From the NCBI GenBank assembly GCA_051876075.1, contig JBJEHM010000023.1, positions 6,114-70,113 of the forward strand: a stretch of DNA of 64,000 nt, in the 5' to 3' direction. The notes under the pieces were generated by a model that was not told the DNA's origin, ran no database searches, and saw only the letters and a list, made by a program, of their open reading frames with translations. A program made the translations under genes and the position numbers. This DNA is from Coriobacteriales bacterium (lineage in GTDB: Bacteria > Actinomycetota > Coriobacteriia > Coriobacteriales > QAMH01). Shown here piece by piece: positions 27,348 to 36,829 of the stretch; position 1 is the first letter of the stretch, and every line of letters begins with the position of its first letter.

Positions 27348-29249
27348 ATGACAGACCTGTGGCCGCGCTATGCGCCGTTGCTTTCCAAGGTGGAGAAGCC
27401 CTCCCGCTATCTGGGCAGGGAGTACGGGGCGGTTGACCCGGCAGACAAGCCGCAAGCCGACTACCACGCCGTCTTCATCTACCCAGACACCTACGAGATA
27501 GGCCAGGCCAACCAGGCCGTGGCGATTCTCTACGACTGCCTCAACGCAGACCCGCACATCCTGTGCGAGCGTGCCTTCCTCCCTTGGATCGACATGATCG
27601 GCCTCATGCGCGAGGAGGGCCTGCCACTGTGTTCGCTTGAGAGCTACGCGCCCCTGAGCGAGTTCGACTTCGTGGGTATCACCCTGCCCCACGAGCTGGC
27701 GGCCACCAATGTGCTCGAGGTGCTCGACCTGGGGGGCATCCCCCTGCACGCAAGCGAGCGCGGCGAGGGCGACCCCCTGGTGATGGCGGGTGGTCCCTGC
27801 GCCTACAACCCGGAGCCCTACGCGGAGTTCTTCGACGCCTTCTTCATCGGCGAGGGCGAGGAGCTCGACCTGCTCGTGGCGCGCACGCATCGCAGCCTGC
27901 GCGATGCCGGTGCGAGCCGTGCGCAGATCCTGCAAGAGATCGCCAAGATCGAGGGCATGTACGTCCCCGGCCTCTACCGTGAGAAGACCCCTGAAGAGCA
28001 GGCCCGCCCGCTCGAGGGCATACGCGACACGATCTGCACGCGCTATGCCCCGGTCCAGGAAGGCGTGGCGCCGCTGGTGCGCAAGGCTGTCATCGCGGAC
28101 TTCGACTCCAGCAAGGCCCTTCCCACCCCCATCGTGCCCTACCAGGAGCTGGTGCACGACCGCCTTGCCGTCGAGGTCCTGCGCGGCTGCGCCCGCGGCT
28201 GCCGCTTCTGCCAGGCGGGCATGATCTATCGCCCTGTGCGCGAGCGCACGGTCGACCCCGTGGTAGGGGCCGTGTGCCAAGGGCTGTCCTTCACGGGCTA
28301 CGACGAGGTGAGCCTCACCAGCCTCTCGTCCACAGACCACAGCTGCATCATGGACATGGTGCGCCGCATCAACAACCAGTACCGCGGCACGGGCATCGGC
28401 ATCTCGCTGCCCAGCCAGCGCGTGGACGCCTTCGGCATCGAGCTCGCCACGCTCGTCGCCGGGGAGCGCAAGCCGGGCCTCACCCTTGCCCCAGAAGCGG
28501 GAACGCAGCGCATGCGCGACGTTATCAACAAGGGCGTGACAGAAGAGCAGATCTTCAACGCCGTCACCAGCGCCTTCCAGGCGGGTTGGCGCCGCTGCAA
28601 GCTCTACTTCATGATCGGCCTGCCGGGAGAAACCGACGAGGACGTCGCCGGCATCGGCGAGCTCTGCCGCCGCCTGTACAACGCCGCAAAGGACTCTGTG
28701 CCAGACGATCAGCGCGGCAACGTGCGCATGAGCGCTAGCGTCGCCCTCTTCATCCCCAAACCCTGCACCCCCTTCCAGTGGGACGGGCAGATCGGCTTGG
28801 AGCAGATCGAGCACCGCATCCAGGTGCTGAGGGCGAGCATGCCCAAGAAGGGCGTCGACCTGCACTACCACGACAGCCAGACGTCCTACATAGAGGCCGT
28901 GCTCGCACGCGGCGGGCGCGAGTGCTCTGCCCTCATCGAGTCTGCTTGGCGCCGCGGCGCGCGCTTTGACGCGTGGAGTGAGCAGTTCGACTTCGGTGCC
29001 TGGGAGCAGGGGGCGCTGGAAAGCGGCGTGGACATCTTCGAGGCCGCCACGCGCACCTTCGAAGAGGGCGAGGCCCTGCCCTGGAACCACATCAGCTGCG
29101 GCGTCACAGAGGAATTCCTGCTGAGGGAGCGCCGCCTGGCGCATCTGGGGAAGACAACCCCCGACTGCAGCTTTGGCCCCTGCAGCGCCTGCGGTGTCTG
29201 CCAAGACCTGCCCGTCAAGACCTTTACCCAGAGGGAGCGTGTGCTGTGA
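27348..29249 (+). CDS. TIGR03960 family B12-binding-like radical SAM protein
   Basis: VEKPSRYLG, YPDTYEIG, GGPCAYNPEP, EVLRGCARGCRFCQAG, C-terminal DCSFGPCSACGVC. Confidence 0.92.
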   Translation: MTDLWPRYAPLLSKVEKPSRYLGREYGAVDPADKPQADYHAVFIYPDTYEIGQANQAVAILYDCLNADPHILCERAFLPWIDMIGLMREEGLPLCSLESYAPLSEFDFVGITLPHELAATNVLEVLDLGGIPLHASERGEGDPLVMAGGPCAYNPEPYAEFFDAFFIGEGEELDLLVARTHRSLRDAGASRAQILQEIAKIEGMYVPGLYREKTPEEQARPLEGIRDTICTRYAPVQEGVAPLVRKAVIADFDSSKALPTPIVPYQELVHDRLAVEVLRGCARGCRFCQAGMIYRPVRERTVDPVVGAVCQGLSFTGYDEVSLTSLSSTDHSCIMDMVRRINNQYRGTGIGISLPSQRVDAFGIELATLVAGERKPGLTLAPEAGTQRMRDVINKGVTEEQIFNAVTSAFQAGWRRCKLYFMIGLPGETDEDVAGIGELCRRLYNAAKDSVPDDQRGNVRMSASVALFIPKPCTPFQWDGQIGLEQIEHRIQVLRASMPKKGVDLHYHDSQTSYIEAVLARGGRECSALIESAWRRGARFDAWSEQFDFGAWEQGALESGVDIFEAATRTFEEGEALPWNHISCGVTEEFLLRERRLAHLGKTTPDCSFGPCSACGVCQDLPVKTFTQRERVL

Positions 29250-29932
29250 GCGAGAACATGGGGTTCCTGATGCGCATCAAGTACGTCAAGCGCGGCCGCC
29301 TGGCCTTTCTCTCGCACCTCGAGACCATACGCAGCATGGAGCGCATCATCCGCCGCGCACGGCTGCCCTACGCCGTCACCGAAGGATTCAACCCGCACAT
29401 GAAGGTGAGCTTTGGGCCGGCGCTGCCCGTGGGGGCGGCCAGCGAATGCGAATACCTCGACCTGCGCCTGCGCGAGTACGTGAACCCGGAGCAGGCCCTG
29501 CAGCGCATGCTCGAGGGAAGCGTGGGGGACCTCGCCCCCGTCGAGTGCGCCTACATCGACGTGCATGCAGATGCCGTGACCGTTGCCTTCCCCATCAGCG
29601 ACTGGGAGGCGCGCTTTGAGTACTGCAGCTGCGAGACGCTGCAGCCCGCCTTCGAGGCGTTGGTGGAACGCGGGTACGTGGAGGTCATGCGCAAACCTAA
29701 GAAGCGCCGCGGGCCCATGGAGGTCAAACAGGTGGCCCTCGAGGGGCGCCTGCTGGGGGCACCGGTGCTCGAGCAGTGCGGCCCGGATGCGGTGGCGCGC
29801 TTCTCCACGCGCGCGCAAGACCAGGGCTCCCTGCGCCCAGACCGCTTCATCGAGCAGGCGCTGGGCATGATGGAGGGCCCTGCGCCACGCTTGGCGGGCC
29901 TCACGCGCACCATGCTCAGGGGAGAAGACTAG
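29246..29932 (+). CDS. TIGR03936 family radical SAM-associated protein (DUF2344)
   Basis: Y.KRGRLAFLSHLE, RRARLPYAVTEGFNPH.K.SFGPALPVG..SECEY; 4-nt overlap with the rSAM gene. Confidence 0.9.
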   Translation: MSENMGFLMRIKYVKRGRLAFLSHLETIRSMERIIRRARLPYAVTEGFNPHMKVSFGPALPVGAASECEYLDLRLREYVNPEQALQRMLEGSVGDLAPVECAYIDVHADAVTVAFPISDWEARFEYCSCETLQPAFEALVERGYVEVMRKPKKRRGPMEVKQVALEGRLLGAPVLEQCGPDAVARFSTRAQDQGSLRPDRFIEQALGMMEGPAPRLAGLTRTMLRGED

Positions 29933-30016
29933 CTTGCAGCCACACCCGGCGGCGTGGCTAAAAAAGCTGTCCTCAGGCGTTGTAATAGAGGAGTGGATTT
30001 GTTATCATTCCCATTC

Positions 30017-30064
30017 GCGTCTGTGTGCATTGGTGCGTAATTCCCTCACGCAGGAATGCGACGC
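30017..30064 (+). ncRNA. Structured 5' leader of rplU-rpmA (candidate ribosomal protein leader)
   Basis: Nested stems GCGTC/GACGC, GCATT/AATGC and TGCGT/ACGCA downstream of TATCAT (30003-30008). Confidence 0.4.
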
Positions 30065-30101
30065 AGGGCACTTCGGTTAAAAGTTGAAAGGCAAAACCAG
30101 A

Positions 30102-30626
30102 ATGTACGCAATCATCAAAACCGGTGGCAAGCAGTACACCGTCAAGCCGGGTGACGTCATCGATGTTGAGAAGATCGAGGGCGAGGCTGGCACCCAGGTG
30201 CAGCTCCCCGTTCTGTTCCTCAACAACGGCTCCGACGTCGTGACCGATGCAGACGCTCTTGCTCAGACCACCGTCACCGCAGAGATCGTTGACCAGCACA
30301 AGGGCCCCAAGGCCATCATCTTCAAGTTCAAGAAGCGCAAGGGCTACAAGAAGCTCCGCGGCCATCGTCAGAACCTCACCAAGATTGTCATCACCGAGGT
30401 CGCAGGCGTCAAGGCCGAGCCCAAGGCTGCCAAGCCTGCAAAGGCCGAGGCTCCCGCAGAGCCCGTCGCTGCTGCAGAGCCCGCAGCTCCGGCTGCCCTT
30501 CCCTCTGCAGAAGAGCTGAACAAGATGACTGTCGCCCAGCTCAAGGAGATCGCTGCAGAGCGCGGTATCAAGCTCTCCTCCTCCGCCCGCAAGGCAGAGA
30601 TCATCGAGACCATCCAGAACGCTTAA
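30102..30626 (+). CDS. rplU: 50S ribosomal protein L21 with Ala/Pro linker and C-terminal Rho-N/SAP-like domain
   Basis: MYAIIKTGGKQY, FKFKKRKGY....GHRQ; extra ~70 aa ending LNKMTVAQLKEIAAERGIKLSSSARKAEIIETI. Confidence 0.97.
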   Translation: MYAIIKTGGKQYTVKPGDVIDVEKIEGEAGTQVQLPVLFLNNGSDVVTDADALAQTTVTAEIVDQHKGPKAIIFKFKKRKGYKKLRGHRQNLTKIVITEVAGVKAEPKAAKPAKAEAPAEPVAAAEPAAPAALPSAEELNKMTVAQLKEIAAERGIKLSSSARKAEIIETIQNA

Positions 30627-30646
30627 GGTAAGGGAGGCGAAAGACA

Positions 30647-30901
30647 ATGGCACATAAAAAAGGTCTAGGCTCCACTCGCAACGGTCGCGACTCCCGCGCA
30701 CAGCGTCTGGGCTGCAAGAAGTTCGCCGGCGAGGTCGTCACCACTGGCATGATCCTCGTCCGCCAGCACGGCACCCACTTCCATCCCGGTGAGAACGTGG
30801 GCCGCGGCAAGGACGACACCTTGTTTGCCCTGGCAGACGGCACCGTCAAGTACACCCGCGGTGACAAGCGCCGCGTGCACGTCATCCCCGCAGAGGCCTA
30901 A
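30647..30901 (+). CDS. rpmA: 50S ribosomal protein L27
   Basis: [38 protein letters not shown]. Confidence 0.98.
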   Translation: MAHKKGLGSTRNGRDSRAQRLGCKKFAGEVVTTGMILVRQHGTHFHPGENVGRGKDDTLFALADGTVKYTRGDKRRVHVIPAEA

Positions 30902-30921
30902 AGCCTCTTTGGCGACATAGC

Positions 30922-30957
30922 AATGGAAGGGCCCCCGCATGGGGGTCTTTTCATTTT
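30922..30957 (+). terminator. Terminator after rpmA
   Basis: AATGGAAGGGCCCCC-GCAT-GGGGGTCTTTTCATT stem followed by TT. Confidence 0.75.
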
Positions 30958-31067
30958 GCGGGCGCTGCACATATGCCGCTGGCACCCTTCGGCGGGGTCT
31001 TCGGGATGCAGGCTGCTCGCACGGGTACAATCTCGACTATCCAAACCAACGCGAAGGAGCGCTTCTT

Positions 31068-32894
31068 ATGTGCGGAATCGTCGGCTATGTAGGTGACAGC
31101 CCGGCCAAGGACATCCTGGTGGGCGGCCTGAGGCAGCTCGAGTACCGCGGCTATGACTCCGCGGGCATCGCCGTGCCAGACGGCAGCGGCGGCCTCCAGG
31201 TCGTGTGCAGGGTCGGCAAGGTGCAAGAGCTCGCAGAGGCGCTCCAGGGTGTGGAGCTGCCCGCACGCTGCGGCATCGGCCACACGCGCTGGGCGACCCA
31301 CGGAAAGCCAAGCGAAACCAACGCCCACCCGCATCGCGACTGCTCGGGCAAGATCGCCGTCGTGCACAACGGCATCATCGAGAACTACGCCGCCCTGCGC
31401 GAGCAGCTGCAAGAAGAGGGCCATGTGTTCGCCAGCGAGACAGACACAGAGACGGTGGCCCACCTGCTCGAGCGCTACTACGAAGGCGACCTCGCCGCGG
31501 CGATGCGCAAGACCGTCGCCCAGCTCCAGGGCGCCTACGGCATCGCTGCCATCCACGCCGACCACCCCGACCAGATCGTGGTTACCCGCAAGGACAGCCC
31601 CATCGTGGTGGGTGCAGCCGGCGGGGCCAGCTTGGTTGCAAGCGACATGGTCGCCATCATGGAGTACACCCGTGACGTCGTCTTCCTGGAAGACGGGCAG
31701 CTCGCTGTGCTCTCCCCGGGCTCGCTGCAGGTCTTTGACGCTGGCGGAGCGTTGGTCGAGCCCCAGGTCACCCACATCGACTGGGACACCGAGGCTGCCG
31801 AGAGGGCGGGCTACCCGGACTTCATGCTCAAGGAGATCCACGAGCAGCCCCGCGTGGTGAGAGACACCGTCGCCGGCCATCTCAAGGACAACAAGATCGT
31901 GCTCGAGGACCTTAACCTGAGCCAAGAGGACATCGAGGCCATAGACCAGGTCTACATCATCGGCTGCGGCACCAGCTACCATGCCGGCCTGGTTGCCCGC
32001 GAGCTCATCGAGGGCTGGGCGCGCATCCCCACCCGCGTTGAGGTGGCAAGCGAGTTCCGCTACCGCAACCCCATCGTGACCCCGTCGACGCTGGTCATCG
32101 CCTTGAGCCAGTCTGGGGAAACGGCAGACACCCTCGCAGCCGTGCGCCTAGCCCGCAGCAAGGGGGCCAAGGTCTTTGCGGTGACCAACGTCATGGGCAG
32201 CCGCATCACGAGGGAAAGCGACGGAACGCTCTACGTCAAGGCTAATATGGAGATCTCCGTTGCCGCCACCAAGAGCTTCCTGGCCCAGATCGCCTGCGTG
32301 ACCCTCATCGCCCTCTTCCTCGCACAGCGCAAGGGGCGCCTCAACAGCCGGCAGGTGGTCTCCCTCTACCACGAGCTGCGCGCCACACCTGCCCAGATCG
32401 AGTACATACTCTCTGACACCTCGGCAATCGAGGAGGCGGCGGAGCTGCTCAAGGACTGCCACAGCGCCATGTACGTGGGCCGCGGCGTCAACGCGACGAC
32501 CTGCTACGAAGGCGCGCTCAAGCTCAAGGAGATCAGCTACCTGCACGCCGAGGCCTATGCCGCCGGAGAGCTCAAGCACGGCCCCATCGCCTTGATCGAC
32601 CCCAGCGTGCCCGTTGTCGCCGTTGTCACAGAGAGCCCTACCCGCATGCAGACCCTCAGCAACGTGCAGGAGGTCCTGGCCCGCGGTGCCAAGGTGATCG
32701 CAGTGGCGACGGAGGGCGATGAAGAGGTCTGCAAGATCGCCGATTGCGTCATCTACATCCCACCTGTCCGCGACTGCTTCTCTGCCATCACCGCCAGCGT
32801 GCCCCTGCAGCTGCTGGCCCGCAGCGTTGCCCTCAAGCGCGGCTGCGATGTGGATCACCCCAGGAACCTTGCAAAGTCCGTGACCGTGGAGTAG
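31068..32894 (+). CDS. glmS: Glutamine--fructose-6-phosphate aminotransferase
   Basis: MCGIVG N-terminal Cys, LEYRGYDSAG, HTRWATHG, SQSGETADT, PRNLAKSVTVE. Confidence 0.98.
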   Translation: MCGIVGYVGDSPAKDILVGGLRQLEYRGYDSAGIAVPDGSGGLQVVCRVGKVQELAEALQGVELPARCGIGHTRWATHGKPSETNAHPHRDCSGKIAVVHNGIIENYAALREQLQEEGHVFASETDTETVAHLLERYYEGDLAAAMRKTVAQLQGAYGIAAIHADHPDQIVVTRKDSPIVVGAAGGASLVASDMVAIMEYTRDVVFLEDGQLAVLSPGSLQVFDAGGALVEPQVTHIDWDTEAAERAGYPDFMLKEIHEQPRVVRDTVAGHLKDNKIVLEDLNLSQEDIEAIDQVYIIGCGTSYHAGLVARELIEGWARIPTRVEVASEFRYRNPIVTPSTLVIALSQSGETADTLAAVRLARSKGAKVFAVTNVMGSRITRESDGTLYVKANMEISVAATKSFLAQIACVTLIALFLAQRKGRLNSRQVVSLYHELRATPAQIEYILSDTSAIEEAAELLKDCHSAMYVGRGVNATTCYEGALKLKEISYLHAEAYAAGELKHGPIALIDPSVPVVAVVTESPTRMQTLSNVQEVLARGAKVIAVATEGDEEVCKIADCVIYIPPVRDCFSAITASVPLQLLARSVALKRGCDVDHPRNLAKSVTVE

Positions 32895-32897
32895 CAC

Positions 32898-33467
32898 ATG
32901 AACGTTGAAGAAACCCAGGGGCTGCACGAGGCTCCCCAGGCGCAGCCCGCCGTCCCCATCGCGGGACTCGGTGTGGACATAGTCGAGATACCCCGCATGG
33001 AGGCGATCCTGCAGCGCAGCCCTGCCTTTGAGAGGAAGGTCTTCACAGAGGGAGAACGTGCCTACTGCAGCAAGAAGCACAATCCAGCGGTGCACTACGC
33101 CACTCACTTTGCCGCTAAGGAGGCGGTGGTCAAGGCCCTGGGCACGGGCTTTGGCTCTGGAGTGGGGTTCCAGGACGTGGAGGTCACCCACAACGAGCGC
33201 GGCAAGCCGGTGGTGCTGCTGCACAACCGCGCGCGCCAGATCGCAGACGAGATGGGCATCTTGGAGATTCCCATCTCGCTGAGCCGCACCCATGGGACGG
33301 CGGTCGCAAACGCCATCGCCACCAGAGAAGACACCAAACCGGCTCCCCCGGAAGAGAAGAGCGACTCCAAGCGCCAGATCGCCTCTGCCTTCAAGGAGCT
33401 GCGCGGCATGCTCGACGAGCTCGACGCGCCCACGGCAGCAGAACCCGAAGCAGGGAAGGACGCCTAG
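32898..33467 (+). CDS. acpS: Holo-[acyl-carrier-protein] synthase
   Basis: GLGVDIVEI.R, FAAKEAVVKALGTG, ISLSRT. Confidence 0.93.
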   Translation: MNVEETQGLHEAPQAQPAVPIAGLGVDIVEIPRMEAILQRSPAFERKVFTEGERAYCSKKHNPAVHYATHFAAKEAVVKALGTGFGSGVGFQDVEVTHNERGKPVVLLHNRARQIADEMGILEIPISLSRTHGTAVANAIATREDTKPAPPEEKSDSKRQIASAFKELRGMLDELDAPTAAEPEAGKDA

Positions 33468-33468
33468 C

Positions 33469-34446
33469 ATGGCGGTCTCTGCACGCGAGTTCACAGCGGT
33501 TGACGCGGCCAGGCTGCTGCCCTTGCCTGCGGAAGACGCTAACAAGTACAGCAGGGGCCAGGTTGTGGTCGCTGCCGGCTCGGCGGGCTACCCGGGAGCT
33601 GCAGTGCTGGCGGCGCAGGCGTGCGCCCGCAGCGGGGCCGGCTATGTGAGCCTGCTGGTCCCCGCCCCCGCGGTCCACGACGCGCGCGCCCATCTTTTGA
33701 GCATCCCCGTGGCCCCTTGCGCGCACGAAGGGGGCTGCTTTGCTGCAGCGGCCGTACGCGAGCTGGAGGCGCACGCTGCCCGTGCAAGGGCGCTGCTGCT
33801 GGGGCCGGGCATAGGGCGCACGGCGGAGTGCGCGGCCTTTGTTTGTGCAGTGGCGAGCAGCCCCGTGCTGAAGACGCTGCCCCTGGTTATGGATGCAGAC
33901 GCCCTCTACGCGCTTGCCTGCGACCCCGGTCTTCTGCAGGCGCGCTGTGACGCTGGCTGCCGCACGCTGCTCACCCCGCACGAGGGCGAGGCTGCGCGCC
34001 TCTTGGGCGGAATCCTGGGCCCACGCGAGGCAGCGGCTAGGGAGCTGGCGCAGCGCTATGGCGCCACGGTAGTCCTCAAGGGGCCGCAGACCCTGGTGGC
34101 GGTGCCGGATGGCAGCCTTCTGGAGTGCCGCAACGCCGGCCCGGAGCTTGCAAAGGCGGGAACGGGCGACGTGCTGGCAGGAATGATCGCCGCGTTTTGC
34201 GCCCAAGGCTTGCCTGACGTGGACGCAGCATGCCTTGGGGTGTATCTTCATGGGCGCAGCGGAGCGCTGGCTGCCGCCGAGCAGGGAGTGCCCGGCGTTA
34301 TGCCAGAGGACCTGATAGCACGGATCGGGCAGGCCGTATGCAGTTTGGAGGAGCACTCGCCCCGTTTGGCGGCTGCTCGCTCCAGCGCAGCGCGGCGCGC
34401 CCATGGGATAGAAAGCAACAAGGCAAAAGAGGACGAGCATGACTGA
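33469..34446 (+). CDS. nnrD: NAD(P)H-hydrate dehydratase (NnrD/YjeF C-terminal only)
   Basis: NKYSRG, GYPGAA.LA, GPGIG, DADAL, LTPHEGEAARL, AGTGDVLAG. Confidence 0.9.
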   Translation: MAVSAREFTAVDAARLLPLPAEDANKYSRGQVVVAAGSAGYPGAAVLAAQACARSGAGYVSLLVPAPAVHDARAHLLSIPVAPCAHEGGCFAAAAVRELEAHAARARALLLGPGIGRTAECAAFVCAVASSPVLKTLPLVMDADALYALACDPGLLQARCDAGCRTLLTPHEGEAARLLGGILGPREAAARELAQRYGATVVLKGPQTLVAVPDGSLLECRNAGPELAKAGTGDVLAGMIAAFCAQGLPDVDAACLGVYLHGRSGALAAAEQGVPGVMPEDLIARIGQAVCSLEEHSPRLAAARSSAARRAHGIESNKAKEDEHD

Positions 34447-35755
34447 TTCCATCAACTACTTTGGCTCAAACCCCAAGCTGCCTGGCAACGAGCATGCCCA
34501 GGACAAGCCGTTCGACAGCGCAGGAGACACCCAGCTCACCCTGGGGGCAGAGGTCGCCCAGGCTGCAAGCACGCCCAGCGTCACGCTCCACGACTCCTAC
34601 ACTCGCCAGAGCGTGCCCCGCGGTGCCTGGGCAGAGATCGACCTCTCTGCCATCGCCTTCAACGTGCAGCAGGCCCGCCGTGCCTGCGGCCCGCAGCGCC
34701 TGCTCTGCGCTGTTGTCAAGGCAGACGCCTACGGTCACGGCGCCGTTCGCGTAGCGCGCGCCGCCCTTGACGCCGGTGCAGACCGCCTTGCCGTCGCCAC
34801 CCCCGAAGAGGGGGTCGAGCTGCGTCAGGCGGGCTTCACAGAGCCCATCTTGCTGTTGGCCCAGCCCCCGCAGCGGACTATCCCCTTGCTGCTGGCCTAC
34901 AGCATCACCCCCGCCGTCTTCACCCAGGAGTTCGCCCTCGACTACGCCGAGCAGGCAGACCTCCAGGGCAGGGAGGCCCCCTTCCACCTGGCGGTGAACA
35001 CCGGCATGAACCGCATCGGTGTCTTCTACCTCGACGCGGGCGACTTCATCAAGAGCATCTCGTTCCACAGGGCGCTCAAGTACGAGGGCACCTTCACGCA
35101 CTTTGCCACGGCAGACTGCGCCGAGCAGCTCGACTTCTACGAGCAGCACCGCCGCTTTGAGGAGGCCCTGCGCCTCATCCGCGAGGCCGGCTTCAACCCC
35201 GGCATCGTCCACGCAGCCAACAGCGCCTCGATCTTCCGCTACCCGCAGGTGCACTACGACATGGTGCGCCTGGGTATCTGCCTCTACGGCCTGGACTACA
35301 ACCCCGAGGTCTCCGGCGGCAGCATCGCTCTCAAGCCGGCGATGAGCATCAGGGCAGAGATCTCTGCCGTCAAGGAGCCCCAAGTGGGAGAAGGCGTCAG
35401 CTACGGCATGAACTACCGCGTGGGCAAGCCCGTCCAGATCGCCACCCTGCCGCTCGGCTATGCAGACGGCGTGAGGCGCGAGCTCACCAAGAAGGGCTTC
35501 AAGGTGCTGTGGAACGGGCGCCCTGTGAGCCAGGTGGGCAACATCTGCATGGACCAGATGATGATCGAGATCCCCCTGGGCTACTCGGTGACGGGCATCA
35601 AGGGCGGCGGAGCCCAGGTGGGCGACGAGGTCGTCATCATCGGCACCCAGGGCGACTACGAGCTCACGGCAGACACCATGGCAGAGGCCCTGGGCACGAT
35701 CACCCACGAGATAACCTGCCTCTTCGGGCTGCGCCTTCCCAGGGTGTACGTCTGA
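34439..35755 (+). CDS. alr: Alanine racemase (N-terminally extended)
   Basis: AVVKADAYGHG PLP lysine, TGMNRIG, ANSA, VRLGI.LYG, GYADG, G.ICMDQ. Confidence 0.96.
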   Translation: MTDSINYFGSNPKLPGNEHAQDKPFDSAGDTQLTLGAEVAQAASTPSVTLHDSYTRQSVPRGAWAEIDLSAIAFNVQQARRACGPQRLLCAVVKADAYGHGAVRVARAALDAGADRLAVATPEEGVELRQAGFTEPILLLAQPPQRTIPLLLAYSITPAVFTQEFALDYAEQADLQGREAPFHLAVNTGMNRIGVFYLDAGDFIKSISFHRALKYEGTFTHFATADCAEQLDFYEQHRRFEEALRLIREAGFNPGIVHAANSASIFRYPQVHYDMVRLGICLYGLDYNPEVSGGSIALKPAMSIRAEISAVKEPQVGEGVSYGMNYRVGKPVQIATLPLGYADGVRRELTKKGFKVLWNGRPVSQVGNICMDQMMIEIPLGYSVTGIKGGGAQVGDEVVIIGTQGDYELTADTMAEALGTITHEITCLFGLRLPRVYV

Positions 35756-36348
35756 TGTCGCGCCCCCTTGCAGAGATAGAGCGCGAGTGCGCGGGCTGCG
35801 CCAAGTGCGCGCTTGCCGGCTCGCGCACCAACCTGGTCTTTGGCGTGGGCAACCCCCATGCCAACGTCATGTTCGTAGGCGAGGGACCCGGCAAGAACGA
35901 GGACTTGCAGGGCGAGCCCTTTGTGGGCGCAGCCGGTCAGCTGCTCAACCAGATGCTCCAGCGCGCTGGCATCCCGCGAGAAGACATCTACATCGCCAAC
36001 ATCCTCAAGTGCCGCCCTCCGGGCAACCGCGATCCGCGGCCAGAGGAGATAGAGGCGTGCACGCCCTGGCTGCGCCAGCAGGTTGCCAGCGTGCACCCCT
36101 CCGTCATCGTGACGCTGGGCAACTTCGCCACCAAGTTCATCTTGCAAACAGACCAGGGCATCACCCGCCTGCGCGGCCGCGTGCAGAGCGCCGGCCCCCT
36201 GCGCGTGATCCCCATGTTCCACCCTGCCGCCGCCATCTACGACCGCTCCAAGGTCGCAGCGCTGGAGGAGGACTTCGATCTGCTGCGCGCCCTGCTCGAC
36301 CGCGATGCCCGGCTCGCCGCAGGCGGGGGAGGGGGTGCCCGTGAGTGA
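35755..36348 (+). CDS. Uracil-DNA glycosylase family 4 (Fe-S)
   Basis: CAGCAKC.L, FVGEGPG..ED..G.PFVG.AG, KCRPPGNR, HPAA. Confidence 0.93.
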   Translation: MSRPLAEIERECAGCAKCALAGSRTNLVFGVGNPHANVMFVGEGPGKNEDLQGEPFVGAAGQLLNQMLQRAGIPREDIYIANILKCRPPGNRDPRPEEIEACTPWLRQQVASVHPSVIVTLGNFATKFILQTDQGITRLRGRVQSAGPLRVIPMFHPAAAIYDRSKVAALEEDFDLLRALLDRDARLAAGGGGGARE

Positions 36349-36757
36349 GACCTTCACATCTGCAAGCGTAGAGGAGACCTTAGAGCTGGGCCGCCGCCTC
36401 TCGCTTCAGGCCGAGCCAGACAGCTGCTACGTTCTCACAGGCGACCTCGGGGCCGGCAAGACGCACTTCTCGAAGGGCTTTGCCGCCGGCTTGGGCGTGA
36501 CCGAGCAGATCACAAGCCCCACCTTTGCCATAGTCGAGCGCTATGACAGCGGCAGGCTCCCCCTGCTGCATTGGGACCTCTACCGCTTGGAAAGCGAGTG
36601 GGAGCTCGAGGACGTCGATTGGTACGGCCTGACAGAGTGCGGGGCGGTGAGCCTGGTGGAATGGGGAGACAAGTTCCCCGACGCCCTCCCCGAGGGCTGC
36701 CGTTTTGTGGACGTGCGCGTGAGAGAGGATGGCACGCGCCTCATAACGCTGAGCTAG
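36341..36757 (+). CDS. tsaE: t6A biosynthesis ATPase TsaE
   Basis: GDLGAGKT, TSPTF, H.DLYRL, VEWG. Confidence 0.95.
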   Translation: MSETFTSASVEETLELGRRLSLQAEPDSCYVLTGDLGAGKTHFSKGFAAGLGVTEQITSPTFAIVERYDSGRLPLLHWDLYRLESEWELEDVDWYGLTECGAVSLVEWGDKFPDALPEGCRFVDVRVREDGTRLITLS

Positions 36758-36786
36758 GGCAGCTGTTGCCGTCATGTTGAGCGGCA

Positions 36787-36808
36787 TTCAGCCAATCTTC
36801 AGCCAATC
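36787..36808 (+). repeat. Exact 11-bp tandem direct repeat (TTCAGCCAATC x2) at the promoter of the J-domain gene
   Basis: 36787-36797 and 36798-36808 are identical and lie directly upstream of TGTAAGATAAT. Confidence 0.8.
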
Positions 36809-36829
36809 CCTGTAAGATAATGAACCACT

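Noticed and set aside
25488-29204. Very long minus-strand ORFs (also 38357-42409, 13224-15332, 55729-58203, 60981-63425 and others)
   Set aside because: Antisense shadows of well-supported plus-strand genes, expected from GC3-rich codon bias; no motifs or RBS
30958-31067. glmS ribozyme
   Set aside because: The leader after TACAAT (31026) is only ~35 nt, far too short, and lacks the core
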